Shown: piece by piece, positions 38,001 to 50,144 of the stretch | Position numbering within the stretch: the first letter of the stretch is position 1 | Layout of the letters: each line of letters opens with the position of its first letter | From: Yuukianura sp. NJ FZ-2021 | Lineage: Eukaryota | Length of the DNA stretch: 64,000 bases | Direction: 5' to 3' | Assembly: GCA_046563655.1 (NCBI GenBank) | Contig: CM102288.1 | Coordinates: 2,852,001-2,916,000 of the forward strand | Program-made: the position numbers and the translations under genes | Notes under the pieces: model-generated | Seen by the model: the letters and a program-made list of their open reading frames with translations, nothing else | Told to the model about the DNA's origin: nothing | Databases searched by the model: none

Positions 38001-41000
38001 CCTCACAGCTACTCGCCAAATCCCCAAGCTCAATCTGATCCAATTCGCATCCCAGGTCAAATAAACGTTAATTAAAATTCAACATTGCCAAAATTGGCCA
38101 AAGTTTTAAAAACTTGCTCAAATACACAACTCCAACATTTCAAAAACTCTGTTCCGAGAAATACTTATTTCAAAATCAGCAAAAGTTTAATAAATCTTAC
38201 CTTCATGAGATTTAACCAGCAAACTGTCAATGATCGATGTTAGGCGAGTTTCGCGCTTAACTCCTCCATTGGTGTTGCCTCCATTCATTCTATCAAAATC
38301 ACATTTAAAAAATCTCCATTAATTACTGTATGCAAATAATAATAACATTAAACCACAATTAATTAAATAATTAATACAATTAAATAATAAAGCTTCGTAA
38401 CACGGAAAACACTTAACTGAGAAATGAAAAAAAAAACTGACATTTTCCAACTCAGAAAAAAATTGAACGGCGTTAAGGTTCTGCTAAAATTCGTCAATTT
38501 TTGTTAACACACAAAATTTTTTAAAAATGCCAAATTACCTTTTAGCCAAGTTGTAAAATTCTCACGACTAACTTTATAATTCTTTTAACAGTAAAAAATT
38601 GGTTCCCTACCTTTTGTTGCCTGCCGAAGTTGTTGAGAGTAGTTTATGATGATGATTGTTGAGTAGTCCATTTGCATTGTTGTAGTTTAGTTGATCCAAC
38701 AGTTCCATTCTCTACAAAAGAACAAGAAAAAAAATTAGACAATTCATGTGGGAAATTAAATCAACCCCCTTAAATCTTCATCTTCTTCACTCCTACACTT
38801 GAGTAATGGCTCTTAATTTTACAAATACTCCGAAGATGACAGAACCCTCCAATAACACATCCATCTCAACTCAAAACCAAGGAGACTCCGCAGTACTTCC
38901 CAGTACTCAAGTAGTACTTCCCAGTACTTCGTGCAACAATTAAAATCCTGAGCCCAGAGCTCACTTTTTTTGAATCAACCTTGACCTGTGACCCTGAAGG
39001 GGTTAATACAAAGGGATCTCATTAATCATTAGGCCTCTGCGTCTCTTCTTTTCAAAAGCAGTTCGTGTTCAATTGCTACTGGCATGGAACTTTTTTTTGA
39101 AATCGCTGTTGCTCCGCTGCTGTTGCTTTGGAGAACAGCGATCATTTGAAGCTTAGCGGAGAAGAATAGAGGGATGATTAAGAAAAGATGTGATGGTAAG
39201 GGAATTATACCGGGAGCGGAATGAAAATGATGGGACACCCACTGGGTATAATCTACTCTGATCCATGCCGAAACTTTGAGGCAACGCTTTTTTCTGTACT
39301 AAGAAAAAAAGAATCACAATGTGTAACGCCAATTCTAAGAATCAAGAAGCTTTTAGTAGGCTACAGGACACAAAATTTTTGTTACAATACAAAAAATATA
39401 AAAAAAGAAAACGAAAAGTGACAAGTGAGCAGAAAGCAAGTGACTTCCGAAAAAATCCTTCCTGTTTATTTTACTTATTTTGAATCCTACATCCCTATTT
39501 GCTCAAATAGAAGTTTTGCAAAAAAACTTGAAACGGAGGACGCCGAAAAACAGACGGATGTGAACTTTTTGCAAAAACCAAATTTGACAAGAAGTCTTAC
39601 ACCTTGTCACTTCCAGAGGGTGATTGATGATTCCTAATCTTAGCGTATCTCCCACTTTCAAACAAACCAAAAAAAATACATCGTCTATCTATACTCTACG
39701 ACCTCTCCTATCCAAATCAGTTTTCATTTCCAAGCGTTTTTCAAAATTTTGAAACTTGTTCAAAAAATTTAAAATAATGAAATTAAGCCAAAGTTTAGTT
39801 AAAATCTGGATAACTTTCACTGTGTTACATTTGTGAAAAGACAGCAGCTACCTCGTCAAAAAATATTTTTGTCACATTCGCAAAGGAATTTTTTGAATGG
39901 CGTCGAAGAAAACCGAAATTTTAACTTCTCATTTTCTTTCTAAAAAAAACTTGACACGCTAAACCTAAAATTTTCTTTACAAAATGAGCTTTTTAAATAA
40001 CTTTTTGGATGTAAAACTACTGAAAAACACCCAAGTAGTCATTCATTCTTTTTTCTCAAATTCATTCATTCCACTTTGCAAAAAACGTTTTAAGAAAAGA
40101 TGAATCCTGTCATTCACAGAAATTTTTTTTTTAAAACTTACACGAATTTAGTTCCAGTGCCTTCTGGAACTTTTTAGTATGCCCAAACGTCCTAAAAGTA
40201 TACAACTTCAAGCTCCCTGACTTCGCTCTCAGAATAAGAGTTTCCAAAAACAAATGCTTTTCCACAGTAATTGAAACCGGTTTGGCCACCACTTATCCAC
40301 ACGCAAACTACAGAAAATCGGAGGAGAAGGTAAGTTTTCTTAAGAAATTGAGGTAAGTTAGCCTCTACCTCTACGTAAAAGTAAGTTTTTAAAGCAGTAG
40401 TAAGAGCTCCTTCAACCCAAAGATCAACACTAACACTAAAGATCACTTCTACAGTTTCCTTTCAACTTATGAATGAAAAATTATTTAGTCAAAAAACTTC
40501 TCAACAAGGAATGGTTAGGGGTCAGAGGTCTCGCAACCTTTCCCCCCTTTCCTCCTTGGGCTTCCAAAAAACTTAAGAGATCATCCTAAACATAAGCTTC
40601 CAAGGAACTCAATGTTCAACCTTTGGGTAACCTACAGATCAAAAAATCTCATCTTAAAATCTCAACAGTTTAAAATCTCAAAATGCCTCAAGCTTAGTTT
40701 TATAGTTACCAAAGAAGAAGCCGGAGGACGATTACGTTGATTTGTGATTGTTATGATTTCTGATTTCGGAACTTGTGAACTTATGATTTCCTTGCCCCCT
40801 GTGCCACTTATTCACCTGCCTGCCTCTACTGTTTCTGTTGAATAGTTCATAATTGGCAAGGATAAAATGGATGATTACTAATCCCAGAAATCCCCCACCT
40901 TTGTTAGATGAGGAGGCTGCTCTTTGACACTTACTTACACTTTTTTATGACCAATATCATCTCGAGAGCATAGCTTACGATTTTCTTCGTTTTTTGCTCA

Positions 41001-42280
41001 CAGCATCATGTGCTTGATGCCCAATAAAGCCTTTTAGGAAATTGAGCATGGAGCACCAACAGCCAACAATGCAATGACAAGGACACCGTGACGAGAGGAG
41101 GAGACCTTGAGTTCTCTGACTTTAATCGATAAGAGGCCACGGCAGGTCAAGGGGAGGGAGCAAGACAAAAAGCGGACCTTGCTCGACTCCACTGTTACTG
41201 AAAAGCAGCATCGGGTACTACTATTGGATTTAGCAGTGTCGAGAGACGGAAGAACTGGTGGACCGTATGCTTGCTAAATGCTGAAAGAAACCAAAAGAAA
41301 CCATTAAAAAAAACTTCTTTTCAAAATCTATTGTTGAAAAAGATAAATTGAGGAATAGGCCGAACTCACTCGTTCTTGCATGATCTCCACTTCAGACTTG
41401 AACCAAGGAAAAAATGGATGACGACGGTAAAAGTCACGTCTTTGACTGACTATCCCTCACCTCTTCCAACCACGTCCTCAATGATCAATCAATAATAATG
41501 CAAACTGACTCCTGAATTATTCTTGTCTGTAGCAATTTAATCGAGGGGAACTATCTTGCATGTCAAGTCTCCATTTCCGCACTCAAGTCCTAATAACCCC
41601 CTCTCCTCCCTTCGTAATTTCTAGTTGCATCGAAATCTCCAAAAGTTTAGACTTAGAGGCAAGTGCTTAGACAATGGATGACCCCAACCCGTGACCTCTG
41701 TAAGATTAAAAGGCAGAGATTACAAATGTGACCACTTTGACCCTACCTGTGGTTCTTGTTGATGATTTCCACAGTCGCACAATGGAGAGTGTACCGTCAG
41801 AGCCCCTTTGCTAATCAACAGTTTGAGACTTTTGCCGTTGTGACGAATTGAACGTTTCCAGTCTTTGGCTGTGACACGACCACTGATGAGCTGAAACTCG
41901 TTGGGAGTTAACCAAGAGTTCCTGTAGAGAATACAGTGACCTTTTGACCCTTGACATAACTTGGACAGGAACAACAAGCCTGCGTTGACTCCACACTCTA
42001 CGGGGAGTACTTCGTCTGTAGGAGAATCGCCAGATGAAAACAATGGTTGCAGAAGTTCACTTTCACGGATGATGTCAAAAGTTGAGTTGATTAAATTAAT
42101 TGAGTTTGACGCTAATGAATCATTGTTTTCCTGAGCAGCTGATTTTCTTTGTTCCTGTCCAGCCATATTTGAAAATGGAGAAGAAAAAATGGTTTCCCGC
42201 CGTGGAGAATTTGAGTGGGGCACTGTGAGACAATTTTCAAAAACTGAAAACGCGGGAACTTTAGGCATGGCGCATTCCAT
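26021..42280 (-). CDS. Samuel: SAND + SAM domain transcriptional co-repressor, Samuel/Moses (SAMD7/SAMD11-like); 8 coding exons
   Basis: Phase-consistent exons are 42280(or 42268)-41747 (SAND domain with LTPNEFQLISGRVTAKDWKRSIR), 38711-38611, 38289-38201 (RETRLTSIIDSL), 33271-33116, 28671-28296 (MMGRNCSDIMRSLAAKY), 28041-27977, 27668-27244 (PLDLS CtBP motif; SAM start WTVDDVCRFV) and 26206-26021 (AFRDHSIDGSSLPLLTEEHLIQNMSMKLGPALK...CPICRHCAHCH...*). Confidence 0.8.
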
Positions 42281-43229
42281 CTTTGTCTCACCGTCGTCTT
42301 TTTTCAAAAACTATCACCTTTTTAAAAATTTCAAAATATTCAAAAAGAATTTTTCGTATTTTGAAAACCGTTTTATTTTAGTTGCCGCCTTTCCAACAGG
42401 TCAACGACGTCTCTTTTTTTGTGTTGCCGGCGAAGATCTAAGGTTTAATGACAAATTGTGGCCAAATTACATTGACTTTTTAGTAAAACCCCGTTCACAC
42501 TACGTGTGACTAAAACAGCGACACAGCGACCTATAAGAAGAACGATGCTGGTGACAGGTAGAGCAGTTTACAACAAGTACAAGATGCATTTGAGTGTTTT
42601 CACACGGCGAATTGGTGACAATGAGGTTACGACTGTCGCGTGCCTAATCGGGTGTAAACTGTCGTTTCACCTTTCTAATTGATTCTCGAGCGTTGAAAAA
42701 GCGACAAACACATGAACACAGTTTTATTTTCTATGGTTCACGTTCGCACGGTTTTCCGTTGCTTGAATCGTTGTAAAATGCATGATTTGCCTACATTGAA
42801 ATTCGTGAAAACCAGCCCAAATTTTGATAATTTAAAACAAAAACTGTAGAATCGTTCGATGTAGTTTGTACATAAACTTCGAAAATGGTGCAAAAATTTC
42901 AAAGCTTAACGTTGGTTGGGTATGGGTTATGTTAAGGAAAGAGAAAGTTATCCAAAGTTCGCGCCGCGACATGTTCATTCTTCCATGACATTTAAAAGGC
43001 CTTTTGACTTTGGATCTTTACTGAAGATGAATTTGATGTAACGGAAACATGATCCTTCGAACTCTCTCGCGTTCAGCTTTGTTCATCCATAAAATCTGAA
43101 AGCGAAACCGTAGGAAAACTTTCACATTTTCAAAAAATACCACCAAGAAGAATTTGTTTTGAACTACCAAGGTAGAGTGTGAAATCAAGGTTTGCGGAAA
43201 TCCGCGGCGTCGATTTTTGACGATTACGC

Positions 43230-43731
43230 CAAGGCAACTAAACAAAATGACACACCGCATTATAAGGTAGTCTCACGAGCGGTTTTTTCAGCTTTTTTTG
43301 TGATATTTTTTAGTGGGGCGGATTTGCTAGGTTTCCAAGGAAATAATAATTTATAAAATTCGTGCAAAGGTTGGTTGAGGTAAGAATGAGGTGTTACCTG
43401 CAACCAGTGTTTATTATTCAACACAAAATCGACAATTTGCCATTGACCTGCATAGAATTCTTAGCAATTATAAGCATAAAACTGATATTATTGCATCTTC
43501 TAATCCTAAAACAAGTCTAAGCCATTGGTCCGACGATTGGTTGGACTGGGTGGTTACAATAGAGCAATTTACTTTGTATTTCGACCAAGGAGTGCACGAA
43601 AGAAAACGTTGTCACAGAAAACTTAAAAACAAACAATCCGCCCCACTATAAATTTACACAAAAAAAAGCCGAAAAAACCGCTCGTGAGACTACCTTAGTA
43701 ATACGGTGTGTCTTTTTGTTTAGTTGCCTTG
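43230..43731. mobile_element. Non-autonomous DNA transposon (MITE), P-element-like: CAAGG...CCTTG ends, ~95-bp TIRs, 8-bp TSD
   Basis: The left TIR (caaggcaactaaacaaaatgacacaccgcattataaggtagtctcacgagcggtttttt...tagtggggcggatt) mirrors 43636-43731. The TSD gattacgc is at 43222-43229 and 43732-43739. Confidence 0.88.
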
Positions 43732-43850
43732 GATTACGCGATTTCCGCCAAAAAAAATTAACAGTCTTATTTTCTTTTTAGTCGAATTCATCGGCATAGC
43801 AACTTTTGTTTAAACTGTTTTCCAAAATTCCGAACCTGTTTTTCACACGA

Positions 43851-44282
43851 CACAGTGGGGTCGATTCGTACAAACAACGACAAGTGTTTCGGGGGAAACA
43901 AATTAATTTTTGCAAAATACACAATTATGGAGGCCAAACAGTTGCTAAATTGTCGACATAGCAACTGTAAACATTGAGCGCTTTCGATTTTTATGCGTGG
44001 TGACCTAGGTTACCCCTCATAGAAACAATTTTAGCCCAAATTCAAAAATCGGTTAAAAATAGTAAAATGGTATAGTGGTGCCAAGTGGTGGTCGGACTTG
44101 GTACGTCATGGTGTCTAGTTTTTATTCCAATATCTAGATTACCTGTGCGATCCAGAGAATTTCGGAGATTTCGATCTTAGTAAATCCCGATTTGTGCATT
44201 CATTTTTAATGTAATTGCAAAAATTAACTTAACGTTTCCCCTAACAACCGTGGCGTGTTATTTTTGATTCTGCCCCACTGTG
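43851..44282. mobile_element. Non-autonomous Transib-like MITE with CACAGTG termini and 5-bp TSD
   Basis: The ends are cacagtgggg (43851) and ccccactgtg (44282). The TSD cacga is at 43846-43850 and 44283-44287. Internal TIR blocks GGGGAAAC and TTAATTTTTGCAA are present at both ends. Confidence 0.85.
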
Positions 44283-44371
44283 CACGAGAATCGTTTTAAA
44301 CTTGTTCAAATCCAAAACCATTTTGAAGCTACAGTTTGAACATTGTTCCATGGAATTCAAGTTGAATTACG

Positions 44372-47300
44372 ATGAATCCGGAAGTGAACGTTCCTGCGCA
44401 GGCGTCAAAACCTTTGACCCGTCCCGGGTCATCAACACTTAAAGCTGCACTGATTGGAAAGATAGTTGAAGGTTACGGTTTAATCCGACGTGGATTCGAC
44501 TACGCCAAGGTCAATTACTACAATGGGCCTAACAAGTACAAGTCACTGGGACTCGCACTTGGAGTTGGAACGGTTTTGTACATTTTTCGAAAATTTTACA
44601 AAGCTTGCAAAGAGGCTGGTAAGTACAGAAGGTCAAAAGGTCAAAGGTCAACAGAAACTAAAAAGTCACTTTATTTCAGGAGGAGAAGAGCGATCATTTC
44701 TACGCGGGTTTGTGCAGAACTACTGGGTACCAGTACTCGGTGATCACAAAATCCTAGATTTTGAACTTCCTGGGGAAAAAGATGGCGGGAAAGCTGCCTG
44801 GCACTATTCCGAATTCGACGATTTTCAAATGGAGGCCATGGCGGTAGAACATGACCTGGCATTTGCCGATGAAGATCGTGGAGTACCGCCACAAGTATCG
44901 TTTTTGCTCCAAGCTACCCGGGTATTGGGGCAGTTTGAGACGGAGTCAATTGTTGACCTCTGGAAATCAGTTGAAATGTTGCAACTTCAAGCGGGTGACA
45001 TTCTTTTCACAAAAGATGATCCAGACAACCAGATTTACGTTCTAATCGATGGAGTGATGGAAATCTCTACGTTAGAACCCGGAACGAAACCGATTGTACT
45101 TAAAAAAGTTGTACCCGGGGGTCAACTTTTTTCCATTTTATCGTTTGTTGATGTCATTACCGGTAACACAAAACCGATCAAAAGTGTTGAAGCTGTTGCT
45201 CTTCAGCCATCCAGTGTCATGAAAATACCGTCAGAAGCGTTTCGGGTAACAACTCAAACCGAACTATGTTCTGTGACGCGGTATAATTTTTTTGGCGCTT
45301 TTTTTTCAGGAAATGTGGCTGCGTGACCCCGTTCAACTGCGGAGGTCAATCAGAAGACTCATTCGCAGAGTGTACCAACTTGTGTTCATTGCTCTGCATT
45401 CCGTCTTAGGCTTGACGACTGAACTAGTCAGCACAGAGGTCAGCATAAACCGACCTCCGGTTGACCCGTCCGTCCTGGACATTCGGAACCTCACTCCTGA
45501 AGTAAAACACGACTTTTCAAAATTAAAAATTATCAAAATTACTCAAAATTTTGGTTTTTTGTAGCTCAAGCACGGAGCCTTGGAAGCTCTCATACAGTTT
45601 TTTGACCTGACCGATCAGGTCGACCCTCACGTCGATCCCATGTTCAAAGACATTCGAGTGCTCATTCTCCGGGACAATTTCGAGTTACTCCAAGCCGGCA
45701 AAAGTCAAAGTGCAAGTTTCTTTTTTGTTTATCAAGGAGAAATTGAGGTTTCGCGAATGGTAGAGTACGAAGGCCGTGAATCGAAAACACATCAGCAAAT
45801 TATGTTCCATGTTTGTCCCAATCAAGGAGTAAGTGACTAGCTTAACTAAAGGTCATTGACCTTTGACCTTTGACTTTTGAACTTTGACCTTTGACCTGAG
45901 TGGTAATTTTCTATTTCAGCTCGGCGGACTACCATATCTAACAGACGATGTCAACATCTTCAACGTCCGTGTTCCTCAAATGGCAATCATTTGTCACATT
46001 CCTGAAGATGCTTTGCAAATGTTACTAAAAAACAACAAATTCAAAACTTTAAGAAAATTTCAAATTCTTTAACTTTTTTGAACAGAATGTGCAGCCTTTA
46101 TCCCAAATGTCTGCTGCAAATAGCCAACTCCGTTGTGGGCAAGCTGTCGGCCTTCACGCGTCAAATTGACTTTGGGATTGAGTGGATCCATGTAGACTCT
46201 GGCTCTCCGCCAATCTATCGGTAAGAGGTCAAAAGGTCACGAGTTAATTAGTTTAGCAATTTCAATTAAAGTCAAGTGCTAATGAAAAATAAGCAAAGCT
46301 ATAACACTACTTGACAGAGTGGGAGATGAGCCGAACTACACTTACCTCGTTCTGAGTGGACGACTCCGCAGCATTCTCAATGAGAAGGGCAAGAGAACTG
46401 TTGTTGGGGAGTATGGACGAAATGATTGGATTGGTCTGGTAAACTTTCACATCTTAATTAATTAACTAATTAACAATTAATTAAAATTCTAATTACAATT
46501 TTACTTAAAGGTGGAAACTTTGACTAAAAAAAAGCGATCCAAAACTGTGCTGCCTGTTCGTGACTCTGAATTGGCCAAAATCTCTGAAGGGGTTTTGCAC
46601 ATGATCAAACTCAAGTTTCCGATTGTTACGATTCGATTACTCGATTTTCTGGGAAATCGTGTGGCCAAAAGTAAGGATTTTGAAAAAAAAAATCAAATTT
46701 TTTTAAGGTTTTCTAAAATTTTGAATTTTCTGAAATGTCGAAGCTTACCGTCATGGTGGACCGGAAGATGCTGCTTCTAAAATTGAAAAAATGTTGAGGA
46801 CGCTGGAAGCAACAAATAAGGGCTGTTCAACAATTGCACTTTTGCCGACGACTGAAAATATCCCGATCATGGCCTTGGCTTATGAAATTCTCCGCTGTTA
46901 TGAAATTTTCGGTAACTTTCAAAAACAAAATTCCGCAAAAATTGAAATTCTGATTATGAAAAACTGTTTTTCTAAAATTTCGTTTGAATTTCAGGAATTG
47001 CCCGAATTCTGAGGCATGAAGATGCTACTAAACAGTTTGGCCCAGAAGCACTTTCGAGAAGCAACGACTACATTTTGTCCTCCTGGTTGGCCATTCAGGA
47101 AGAAAGTCATGGACTTGTCATTTACATTGTAAAACCAAAAATTTCAGAAACAGTTTCCAAAAGATTTTCAAAAAAAAATCCAAATTTTTGCCAAGGCTGA
47201 ACCTGAAGTGACGTTGTGGTCCCTTCGCTGCACAAGACAAGCCGATACGATCCTGATTTTAGCAAATTCAGAAGCACAATTTGAAATCACGCCCTTGGAA

Positions 47301-50044
47301 AATATGGCAAGACTTCATGCTCCAAGGGCCAAAAAAGAACTTGTGCTGCTTCATCCCTATAGACTCAAACCTACAGACGAATCTTACATGCGTAAAGAAC
47401 AATTAACTACTAATTAATCATTAATTATATACAAAGTATTTAAAGTATTTAATTCTATTGTCCACACTTTAAGTTTTCCCTGATGTTTGTTTTTCATTTG
47501 TTCCTAGCGTCTCGTGGTCTGCCGAGAAACACGCGGCGATGGCTGGATTTACGAAATTATTTGTCGTTCCATCATCATATTCGGGTAAAAGAGTATTAAA
47601 AATCGAGAAATTTTGAAAAACGAGACTTGAGCCGCATTTCCAAAAAAAATTTGAAGAAAAACGTCGTTTAACATTTCAAGTTCGGTCTTACATTTCAAAA
47701 TTAGAACACTCATCTAAAGTTAACTAATTTTCTTAATGAGGAAATTAAGAATTTGAAAATACGTTTTCCACTTTTCGTTTTCGATTTTTTTTTTAAATTT
47801 CAGATTTTCCCAAGTCATCTTTGTCTAATGGATGAAGACGAAGAGAGAATAATCCAGTACTACTTTGACGAATGGAAATACGACATACACTCTGACATTG
47901 CACGCCTAACGCGCTGGATCTCTGGAAACTCCACTGGACTTGTCCTTGGGGGCGGTGGGGCCAAAGGTAATTTTTCAAAAAACATTGAAAAAATCTGAAT
48001 TTTGAAAAACAAAAGCTCTCCTTTACAATTCAAATCCAATTTCATGTGAAATCAACAACTTTCCTTTCAATTTCCAGGAGCAGCCCACATAGGAATTCTG
48101 GAACAAATCCTGGAGCATGGCATTCCAATTGATTTGGTTGCTGGAGTTAGCATTGGGAGTTTCGTGGGAGCTCTCTACGCTGCTTTTCAAGATGTTCGAC
48201 GTGTCGATGAATACTGTAAAGGGTGGTTCTTGGTACAAATCCCACTTTTACGATTCAAGAGTTTCACATTTTTTTCAAAATTTTGAAAAACTTGTTCAAA
48301 TAAAGGGGTTTTGTTTATTATTTAGCACATGTCGGCTGTTTGGGCGTGGGTGATGGATTTGACAGTAAGGCTCTTCAAAATCTGAATTTTTGAAAAACAG
48401 TTCTTTGAAAAGTTGTCTTTTTTTCAATTTTTTTTTTTTTTGAAATTAGGTCCCGGTGGTTTCGATTCTGCAAGGCGAAGCGTTTAACGAATCTCTGAAA
48501 GCCACTTTTGGTCAAATCCAAATCGAGGATTTGTGGCTTCCATTTTTCTGTTTGTCTACGGATGTGACTGGAAGTGGTCCAAGGATTCATCGTTGCGGTA
48601 AAGTTTAAATTATGACCCTGGATACACTTTGACCTCATTTGGTAAAGGTCAATGACCTCTGCTTGTAGGATATGCTTGGCAGTACTGCAGAGCATCAATG
48701 ACCCTTGGTAAGCCCCTTAAGTGACCATTTACGCAGTTTTTGAAGTCATAAAACGCATAAGGAAGATGACACGTCTATTTTCGTTTTCTAGCTGGATACT
48801 TTCCTCCAATGGTAGAATACTTTTTTTTTTCTTTGCCGCAGTAGCAACTGCTGAAATTTTTGAACTTCAACTTGTAACTCTTAAAATTTTTAAATTTTTG
48901 ACGTTTTAGTGCGATCCAGTTGATGGTTAGTAATTTTTTTTGAAAATTGTTGCAAATTTTTGAAAATGCGATAACTTTACAGGATGCTTTTTTCGTTTGA
49001 ATATTTTAAGGTCATTACCTAATGGATGGAGGCTACACAAATTTAGTACCTGGTGAAACTTGAAATTTGAAAAAAAGAATCTTCAAAAATTTCGAAATTT
49101 TGAACTTTAAAATATAAAATGTGCTTTTTTATCGTAGCAAACCTGATGCGTGAGTTTGGAGCCAAATTTATTATAGCAATTGACGTCAGTTCTGAAAATG
49201 ACTCTGGCACGACCAACTTCGGCGAGCATTTATCAGGCGTCAGAGTAAGATTTACTGTAGTTCTAAAGCTCAAAATCTGAAAAGTTGACCTGACCTCGTG
49301 ACCTTTGACCTCTCTTAGGTTCTAGCTCACAAGTTCCTACCATTTCTCACAGAAATTAAGATTCCACATCTATTCAAACTCCAGTCACAACTTTCATTTA
49401 TCCAAAGTAATCTGTACTTGGAAATCGTCAAGAAAATGGATGCTGCCAGTAACTTTTTCTAAATTCCAAAACTTTTTCAAAATTGCAAAAAAAAAATGCA
49501 TTTTTTCGCTTTCTCTTTGTTTTGCAAAGCGATCTACCTGAGACCTCCCATTGATCAATGGACCAGCGGAGATTTTTCGCAGTACAAAGAAATGAAGGTT
49601 CAGGATACATATTTTCAAAATTCTTTGAAAAAATCTCGTTTTTTTCACAGCTTCATGGCTAGAATTTAAAAATCCCACGTTTTTCAGTACACTGGCTACC
49701 GATATGGTTCCGAGGTGTTCCAGGAAGTTCATCCATTGGATTCCCTCATCGATCAATGGCTCAGCATCAATCCACAAGCAGCTCTTGTCCATGACGAAAA
49801 TCTTGTTGACGCGTTCACGCCTAAGGAACACGAAGCCGAATCAACAGCCAACGTCCAACCAAGGCCCAGTCGAATTCAAAACAGACCCAAAAGCAGAAGT
49901 AAGCCTCAAAAGTTTTTCAAAAAACTTGGACTTTCACTTTCACTTCAAAAGCTCAAAATTTCCCGTTTCGCAGGTTCGTTCATTGGAACAGGACTGTATG
50001 AACAAACTGCTCATCGCAAGAGGCTAACCCTTCTAGAAGACTAA
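44372..50044 (+). CDS. Neuropathy target esterase / swiss cheese-like patatin phospholipase (PNPLA6/7 family) with cNMP-binding domains; many exons
   Basis: An N-terminal TM segment ([15 protein letters not shown]) is followed by cNMP-binding repeats ([33 protein letters not shown]), then [15 protein letters not shown] and [32 protein letters not shown]. The nucleophile motif is GVSIG, followed by IEDLWLPFF and [26 protein letters not shown]. Confidence 0.9.
45850..45897. repeat. Intronic tandem array of (TGACCT)T heptamers headed by a perfect AGGTCA-n-TGACCT inverted repeat
   Basis: aggtca t tgacct t tgacct t tgactt t tgaact t tgacct t tgacct lies within a short intron of the NTE-like gene. 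Confidence 0.8.
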
Positions 50045-50144
50045 AAACTAGTTAGATTTGTTCAACTTTAAACAATTCTTAGAATTTATTCTGGAAGACT
50101 AACAGTTAGGAATTCAGAGGCGTCTCAGAAGTTTTCTCTTCTCT

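Noticed and set aside
28700..41700. Numerous 60-140 aa ORFs in the Samuel introns and antisense to real exons elsewhere
   Set aside because: Low-complexity F/K/L-rich translations or antisense shadows without motifs.
42484..42670. ccccgttcacac ... gtgtaaac, possible Harbinger-type MITE ends
   Set aside because: The inverted match is too short and there is no TSD.
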